From positions 1 to 52,468 of the IMG/VR virus record IMGVR_UViG_3300033153_008490: a DNA stretch of 52,468 nt; one strand, written 5' to 3'. The notes beneath the pieces are model-generated. The model saw only the letters and a program-made list of their open reading frames with translations. It was not told where the DNA came from and made no database searches. Positions 46,953-52,468 of the stretch are shown piece by piece. The position numbers and the translations under genes are program-made. Position 1 is the stretch's first letter. Each line of letters begins with the position of its first letter. The stretch comes from a virus. Lineage: Duplodnaviria > Caudoviricetes.

Positions 46953-47092
46953 CGCCCCCGGCCAGATTTGAACTGGCGACCGGAAAGCTATTCCGGCGTC
47001 CAGCGACAAGAGAGCGCAACCTCTTTCTACTCCACCAAGCTATCACTTGGCTTTGCCGTCGCTGTGTGATAGACCATCTTCACCACGGGGGT
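46953..47092 (-). ncRNA. Class II tRNA scaffold (140 nt) with the anticodon loop replaced by a branched insert
   Basis: ACCCCCG TG GTGA-AGATGGTCTA-TCAC A CAGCGACGG...TTGTCGCTG GACG CCGGAA-TAGCT-TTCCGG TC GCCAG-TTCAAAT-CTGGC CGGGGGC G. No encoded CCA. Confidence 0.75.
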
Positions 47093-47115
47093 ATATATTC
47101 ACATATCTATGAGAG

Positions 47116-47146
47116 CAAATGGGGGCCACCCCGAAGGATGACCCCC
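47116..47146 (-). terminator. Stable UUCG hairpin after the SSB-like gene
   Basis: GGGGGTCATCC-TTCG-GGGTGGCCCCC then ATTTG (weak U tract). Confidence 0.55.
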
Positions 47147-47166
47147 GGCAGGGAGGGGAGATGAGG

Positions 47167-47772
47167 CTATTCCAATTCCAACTGCTTTACAATCTCTTCT
47201 GCTACCTCTTCCCACGTTTCATACTCATCTGGATCAATTGTCAAATCCACCTCGGCGATCAGCGCGGTCAACTCATCTTCATCCATACCTCTAACAGACT
47301 CAGCGGAGACCCCCTCATTCGCCCCATCATCCACCTCTCCAGTGGAATCAGCAGCGGGAGCCGCCCCTTCCACAACGAGGTCCACAAAATCAATGTTCGT
47401 AAACTCTCCATTGGTCCGTACCACAAACTGCATAGGCTTGTTCAACACGAGTTCAATCTGTGCGCCAATCTCATCAAGCGCCACGCTCGCGTCCAAACCA
47501 ATACTGGCCAAGTCCCTCTTCGCAAACGCAATCTGCTTATCCGTACTCAGCCCGGAGAACTTATACTGCTGTCTCCCTTCAAAATCCCCGTCAAGTACTC
47601 TCAAATGCCACACGATCTGTAGCTTATCACTCTTACTCAGACCAATTTCGTAATCCTCGATCAGACCGATATAATCACCATCCGGCAGATTCCCACTCTT
47701 GGTCGCTGCCTCGGTCTTCTTCCACAGTTGCTGCATTGTCTTGCTTTTCAATAGGCTGGCTACGCTAGGCAT
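47167..47772 (-). CDS. DUF669-like single-stranded DNA-binding protein
   Basis: LPDGDY...I.....G.SKS....I.W....G.FEGR and a very acidic C-terminus. Follows the AAA ATPase. Confidence 0.7.
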   Translation of the reverse strand: MPSVASLLKSKTMQQLWKKTEAATKSGNLPDGDYIGLIEDYEIGLSKSDKLQIVWHLRVLDGDFEGRQQYKFSGLSTDKQIAFAKRDLASIGLDASVALDEIGAQIELVLNKPMQFVVRTNGEFTNIDFVDLVVEGAAPAADSTGEVDDGANEGVSAESVRGMDEDELTALIAEVDLTIDPDEYETWEEVAEEIVKQLELE

Positions 47773-47832
47773 AATACAATCTCCAATACTGATACGTAAT
47801 CGATTACTGTTTGTGCTTCTTGTTCTACCTGC

Positions 47833-48750
47833 TCAACTTCTTTTAACCACTTTCTTCTTCACTTTCTTCTTCACCTTCTTCACTACTTTCTTCTTGGTCG
47901 GACTACTCCTCTCTGCCATCCTCGGCTCCCCACTAAACGCACTCAATATCCTCTGCACCGCTTCGTCTTCCGTTTTGAACGGCATTCGGGCAGGAAGGTC
48001 CGCTGTGGTACAGTTCTTCGCATCTTCGTCTTCATTCCCGCGAAAGACGAGACATCTCTCGGCGTTTATATCCCCCGCTATCGTATCTTTCACTGTGTAC
48101 GTTAAGTGCATGGTCATGTCAGCGAGAAAACTAATCGCATTGAAGATAGATTTACTCAGGTCCATGCGAGTATGAGTCATCTGCAAATGCCGCCGCTTGA
48201 TCTCTATCTCTCTCTCATGCGACACCAGCAACACACCCGGCCCCAGCGCTCTCAACCTCAACACCTGGTAGATTACTTCACTCTTCAGATCTTGCCACGC
48301 CCTCGCAAACCCTTCGTCACTCAGATCAGTAATCCCCCGGTCCAAGCAAACCGTACTGATCCCTTTATCCACCAACACATCTATCGTATCGATGACCCAC
48401 ATTTGCACCGTGGCAACCAATTCAGGCCGCTTCTCCATCTTGTCCGTAAACGCGCGAAGACTCACCCAGTTGGGCACATAAGTTGCGCGCCTCTTCTGCC
48501 ACTGAGATTTGTTCTCCGAGTCAATCAGGTAATGTCCTGGTACCTGACATGCTATTGCAGTTTTTCCCGCGCCTGGCGGGCCATACAATATCGCTATACA
48601 CTCTTGGAAAGACCCTGCGCCCACCTGCGCCTCTTCCATAAACGGCAGATCCACAACATCCTGATCCGCTACCATACGGTCCAACATCAACCGCTTAGGT
48701 GCCTTCGCTTTCGGCGTACTCGACTGTGTTGGTTTTAGATAGTTTGCCAT
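47833..48750 (-). CDS. AAA_24 / Sak4-like ATPase (recombinase)
   Basis: ILYGPPGAGKT, LIDSE, VIDTID, LVSHE and Lys-rich tail. Confidence 0.82.
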   Translation of the reverse strand: MANYLKPTQSSTPKAKAPKRLMLDRMVADQDVVDLPFMEEAQVGAGSFQECIAILYGPPGAGKTAIACQVPGHYLIDSENKSQWQKRRATYVPNWVSLRAFTDKMEKRPELVATVQMWVIDTIDVLVDKGISTVCLDRGITDLSDEGFARAWQDLKSEVIYQVLRLRALGPGVLLVSHEREIEIKRRHLQMTHTRMDLSKSIFNAISFLADMTMHLTYTVKDTIAGDINAERCLVFRGNEDEDAKNCTTADLPARMPFKTEDEAVQRILSAFSGEPRMAERSSPTKKKVVKKVKKKVKKKVVKRS

Positions 48751-48758
48751 TATAACTC

Positions 48759-49430
48759 CTATAACACTCTTACCGACTCTGACTGATATATCCGCACACC
48801 GGGAATTTCTCTGACCCCTTCTCTAATTGCCATACGAATTGCTATCGTGTCTACAATTAAATACCGTCTTGGCACCGTAGCGGAATCTTCCACCTCGAAC
48901 GTCCACCGCTTGGCCATACTAGCGACACCGACTTTAGATTGCACCAACTCAGCTTTCGTCTCTAGCACCTCTCGGCGTTCAACCGCTTTGACCAGCACTT
49001 TCTCATCCTTCGCCGTCAATCGCTTCTTCGCTTCCAACGCAGTGATCTTTGCTTTCTCCGCCTCAGCTTTCCGGCGAATCACTTCTTCTCTATTTCTCGC
49101 ATCCTCTTCCTGCTTATGCCGAAACACACCTATCTTCTGCCGTAATATGCTATCTGCTGCACCCAAAGGCGCACTTAACGTCTTGAACATCGCATTAACC
49201 TCTTTCAGCGACGCGTTCAACGGCTGGGTAATACCCTTTCGTTTCTTCTCCACCAACTGTAATCTCGCCTTAATCTCCTGCAATACTTCATAAGCCACGG
49301 TTTCCTGGGCAGGCAAAGCTATTTCAAACTGCTCTGCTTTTTGTACGATTGTGCTATTCTCCTTCCGTAAGATCATAACTTCTGCTTGTGATACTAGGGC
49401 AGTTGGAGTGATCTGTGTTTTCTTTGCCAT
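48759..49430 (-). CDS. Coiled-coil recombination-module protein (Gp157/Gam-like)
   Basis: E..RK.IT.PLN...K.VN..FK and W.FEV.D...VPR.YL.VD...I...I..G..EIPGVRI. Confidence 0.7.
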   Translation of the reverse strand: MAKKTQITPTALVSQAEVMILRKENSTIVQKAEQFEIALPAQETVAYEVLQEIKARLQLVEKKRKGITQPLNASLKEVNAMFKTLSAPLGAADSILRQKIGVFRHKQEEDARNREEVIRRKAEAEKAKITALEAKKRLTAKDEKVLVKAVERREVLETKAELVQSKVGVASMAKRWTFEVEDSATVPRRYLIVDTIAIRMAIREGVREIPGVRIYQSESVRVL

Positions 49431-49744
49431 TAGTTCACCTCATCTCGTCGTTCATTTTGTCATCCATTTTGCCTGAACTTTTACGCACGCAATCTCCACA
49501 TACGAGATGAGTCGCGCCTTGCTCATCACAAACATGTAGGAAATCGTCCTGGGGAACATCTTCTCCGCACTCATAGCATTTCGGAGCCATCAATCTTCTT
49601 CCTTTCCCACCAAAGTAATCAACTCCTCTACATCTCCGGCCATCTCTGTCACCGCCTCATCGTAGGCTTCGCGCACCACGCACACGGGACACCGTTTTAC
49701 CTCATAACACACTTGGCTGTGCTTATTGTCACAAAACTGCATAA

Positions 49745-50776
49745 TCACTCCTTTTGTCCTCCCCGCTTAGCCTTCTTCGTCTTCTTAACCTTCTTCACCA
49801 TCTTCCGCTTCACCTTTTTACGCACGATTCCACCCACCGGTTCTACCAATTCTGCCTTTTCTTCCTCGTATAAGAAATCCCGTTGCCGATATAACCGCAG
49901 ATAATACTCCCACGATCCCGCGTTCTTACATAGGGGCAAAAACTCACACCCGCTATACTCAAAACACTTATTGGGACACTTGGGCCATCTGTCGGGGGCG
50001 TGCAATTGATCCCCTAGATAGTCGTATCTCCGCTGGAGTATCTCCGTCGCATTCTCTACATCGGCTCGATTCGCTTTCATCACCGACCGCCCCAACGGAA
50101 CCGTGTGAAATTGGTAATAGACATTGGGCCTGTCAACGCAATCCTGTCGAATCTCTTCCACAAACTCGTCTATCGTCTGCTTCCTCTTCACTCGCTTCTG
50201 TGGCTTCATAAAAATACCATAGCAGCACGACGTAATGCCTTTAAACGCCGGCGTCATAGCGTATGAGTATAGTTGGGGATCAAATGCGAGCGCGTCCAAA
50301 TATGCCGCATTGACTCTTGCCGCCGTTTTAATCTCATACATCGACGGCTTACCCCGATACCGCCCCTTCCCATCAGCAGTCCCACAATAGAGCACCCCAC
50401 TGTGCTCTAACCGCAACCGCACCGGCACCTGCGTCACCTCCAATCGCATCTCCGCCACTTCTGGTCGCCTCTGCCCTCCCTCCAACAACACTTCGATAAG
50501 ACGGTATTGCAAATCCATCTCAGCTCTGGTTTCCTCTGGTATTGATTGTGTCACTGTTCTTCTCGCGTGCTCTGCCAACATCTCCGCTTGCCAATCTTCC
50601 CCCATCAGCATTGCTTCAAAGCCAGCGCCCAACACGCCTCCGTACCAAAAATTCAAATTTGTGGCTCTTGTTTGCAGGTTTAGAATCCACCGCCAATAGT
50701 ATCGCCTGAAGCAGCTAATGTCCTTCAGCTTATGCACACTGACAACACGGAGTTTATTACTCGGCACAATGCTCAC
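49745..50776 (-). CDS. PD-(D/E)XK nuclease (Cas4/RecB-like exonuclease)
   Basis: SCFRRYYW, G.ADG......EIKT, QLYSY, C-terminal C...C..Y..C.F...C and Lys-rich tail. Confidence 0.82.
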   Translation of the reverse strand: MSIVPSNKLRVVSVHKLKDISCFRRYYWRWILNLQTRATNLNFWYGGVLGAGFEAMLMGEDWQAEMLAEHARRTVTQSIPEETRAEMDLQYRLIEVLLEGGQRRPEVAEMRLEVTQVPVRLRLEHSGVLYCGTADGKGRYRGKPSMYEIKTAARVNAAYLDALAFDPQLYSYAMTPAFKGITSCCYGIFMKPQKRVKRKQTIDEFVEEIRQDCVDRPNVYYQFHTVPLGRSVMKANRADVENATEILQRRYDYLGDQLHAPDRWPKCPNKCFEYSGCEFLPLCKNAGSWEYYLRLYRQRDFLYEEEKAELVEPVGGIVRKKVKRKMVKKVKKTKKAKRGGQKE

Positions 50777-50778
50777 AA

Positions 50779-50991
50779 TTACACCCCACTTTCACTTCTC
50801 CTGCTGTCTTCATCAAGTTCCCACAGATCACACAACCCTGTCGGAAATACTGTCGCATAGCTGTTAGCTACCCTACAATTCTCACCATCAGAGCAGTGTA
50901 TACATGTAAGGCAACACTTCTTTGGGTATACCACAGTATACGTACTTGTACTAATCTGTTGCATCTGTCTATCAGTCAATTCCTTGCTCAT
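50779..50991 (-). CDS. Small Cys-rich protein
   Basis: CC.TC.HC...C...GLCDLW. Confidence 0.5.
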   Translation of the reverse strand: MSKELTDRQMQQISTSTYTVVYPKKCCLTCIHCSDGENCRVANSYATVFPTGLCDLWELDEDSRRSESGV

Positions 50992-51269
50992 CTCTTCCCC
51001 TTTCGATACAACAACGCGTCTATCGGATCACTCAACCTCCACACTTCTACGATGCAACCCACCGGTATTCGCAGCGAATCCGCCTCCCCGCTTTCCATCT
51101 CGGTCTGCCTCAGCCTCAACACATCCTTGTCCTGCGAATCCACCCACCCAGGGGACTTGGCAATTGGGCATGAGAGCGCATCACGCGTCGCCTTCTCTTG
51201 CCAATTGGGATCCTGCTCGATATCCATCCATCGCACTAGGACGAACGCGCCTTGTTTAAGTCGTTTCAT
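50988..51269 (-). CDS. Conserved-type phage hypothetical protein
   Basis: V.VRW.DI.....W...S.GW......IP.GCI pattern. Confidence 0.65.
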   Translation of the reverse strand: MKRLKQGAFVLVRWMDIEQDPNWQEKATRDALSCPIAKSPGWVDSQDKDVLRLRQTEMESGEADSLRIPVGCIVEVWRLSDPIDALLYRKGKR

Positions 51270-51280
51270 AGCTCAACTCC

Positions 51281-51817
51281 CTAGCCACACATACTACACT
51301 GCACTTTGCCTGGGCGCACAACCTGCATTGTTCGCGCTCCACACATGCAGCACACGATAGACCAAGCGCCCCCATACCCATCCTCAATAATGTCGTCCTG
51401 CTTTACCGGGTCGCACTCACTGACCGCCCCATTACAATAGTATAAGACTTCCCTGCCTAGCTCTTCAAACAGCTTCTTCTCCCCGCAACAGCCCTTAGAC
51501 GCCTCCCACCCTGGACTGAGAATAATCCCGGTGAAATTGGCATGTCGAATGAAAATCTCATCGTAGGAATACCACATCTCGTGAACTTCTTTGCCGACAA
51601 AATTGGGCCAAGCACAATGTATCACATGCGTGTGGGAAATGGGTGAATACACAACCCAACCGAGCTCAAGTAATTGTGCGGCGCGGATGTTGGCAAGTTG
51701 GAAATTAGCCTCCTCGCCCTCGAAAATGTAGTCACCTTTTTTGTTCTTAGTTGTATACGGCGATGCTAGGTAATAGAAGCCGGGTTTCCATTTTATGCTG
51801 TCCATATATGTCTCCAA
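51281..51817 (-). CDS. DUF1937 / nucleoside deoxyribosyltransferase-like protein with C-terminal Zn ribbon
   Basis: YYLASPYT...AAQLL..G..VYSPISHTH...GWE.S.GC..E and CCMC...CSMCG. Confidence 0.75.
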   Translation of the reverse strand: METYMDSIKWKPGFYYLASPYTTKNKKGDYIFEGEEANFQLANIRAAQLLELGWVVYSPISHTHVIHCAWPNFVGKEVHEMWYSYDEIFIRHANFTGIILSPGWEASKGCCGEKKLFEELGREVLYYCNGAVSECDPVKQDDIIEDGYGGAWSIVCCMCGARTMQVVRPGKVQCSMCG

Positions 51818-52326
51818 TTTTGTTTAGTGAGAATAGATGAGACTGTTTCACGACTCACATTAAACATTGCGCCAATCTGCTGTTGCGTGTATAATTTCGT
51901 GCGGCGCAGATAGATTATCATACGAACTTCTACCGCCTTGAGAAGCGTGCCCTTCCTGGTCGCAGATGGAATTCGACCCTTCGTAAAACATACGCGCGTC
52001 CCATGCCGAATCATATCACCGACATTTGCCTTTCTGGTGCCCCAGCACAAATTCACAATGCGATTATCAGTACGACACCCATTTAGATGTCGACACTCCA
52101 TTTCGGGTGGGCAGGGTCCGGTGAACGTCTCCAGCATTAGACGGTGAAGGGTTGTACGGCGTGCCGGAATGCCAATCCAGACGTAGCCATAAGGCCCAAC
52201 AGACCCGACGTGTCGCCCACAATGCGCCGACCACGCAAGGCCCTGTTCCGGCGAAACAAATATATGATCAAACCCTGCGGCCCTCACGTAACCAGAAGGA
52301 GGTTGCAGTAATTGCTTGCGTTTCAT
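51793..52326 (-). CDS. HNH endonuclease with C-terminal HTH
   Basis: HRLMLETF.GPCP...ECRHLNG...DNR..NL.WGT...N..D. GGAGG RBS precedes ATG 52326. Confidence 0.9.
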   Translation of the reverse strand: MKRKQLLQPPSGYVRAAGFDHIFVSPEQGLAWSAHCGRHVGSVGPYGYVWIGIPARRTTLHRLMLETFTGPCPPEMECRHLNGCRTDNRIVNLCWGTRKANVGDMIRHGTRVCFTKGRIPSATRKGTLLKAVEVRMIIYLRRTKLYTQQQIGAMFNVSRETVSSILTKQNWRHIWTA

Positions 52327-52415
52327 TGATAGTACCTCCAAATGACAATAAGAGTTCCAACAGCAAAGCATAGACTGCCCGCCAAATAGAACCAGTACGG
52401 CAGCAATTCTCTCAT
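52323..52415 (-). CDS. 30-aa membrane peptide
   Basis: MRELLPYWFYLAGSLCFAVGTLIVIWRYYQ, with ATGA overlaps on both sides. Confidence 0.45.
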   Translation of the reverse strand: MRELLPYWFYLAGSLCFAVGTLIVIWRYYQ

Positions 52416-52468
52416 CGATCCTTCTCCTTAATGAACATCTCTAGCGACATCAACGCCCTCGCGGCATG

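Noticed and set aside
47010-47060. c-di-GMP-I riboswitch-like GGCAAA-stem in the tRNA insert
   Set aside because: It lacks the GNRA loop/receptor and the GACGCAAAGC junction. The resemblance is only a few bases.
46953-47092. Calling this a functional decoding tRNA or tmRNA
   Set aside because: No 7-nt anticodon loop without hypothetical splicing, no G3-U70 or tag reading frame, and no CCA.
1-52468. Complete circular genome
   Set aside because: No terminal overlap seen, ORFs run off both ends, and replication genes are absent.

Overview
About 52.5 kb of a dsDNA tailed bacteriophage with podovirus-type morphogenesis genes: T7/BPP-1-like portal, scaffold, capsid, tubular A/B, internal virion proteins and tail spike, paired with a lambda-gpA-type terminase. 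Layout: leftward small early-type genes (1-6.8 kb); divergence at about 6.8-7.1 kb; a rightward packaging/structural operon (7.1-46.2 kb); then leftward a non-coding RNA cluster and recombination genes (46.2-52.5 kb). No polymerase, primase, helicase or integrase is visible and ORFs run off both edges, so this is probably a partial genome. Two things stand out. (1) A candidate phage-encoded mucin-type O-glycosylation system. Three probable virion proteins carry pure Ser/Thr(/Ala) tracts of about 96, 267 and 109 aa. Two glycosyltransferases carry polypeptide-GalNAc-transferase-like motifs (DAHC; GG.....I/M.G..E; one also has VGHIF). A glycan-tailoring cluster (GT2s, a frameshifted GT11-like gene, a LicD/fukutin-family enzyme plus cytidylyltransferase, several methyltransferases) is inserted inside the structural operon. 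(2) A set of anticodon-less tRNA-like RNAs on the minus strand: two minimal 50-58 nt ones and one 140-nt class-II scaffold whose anticodon loop is replaced by a branched insert. Two of them flank an unknown 148-nt structured RNA. All family assignments come from motif recognition by eye, not from database searches.
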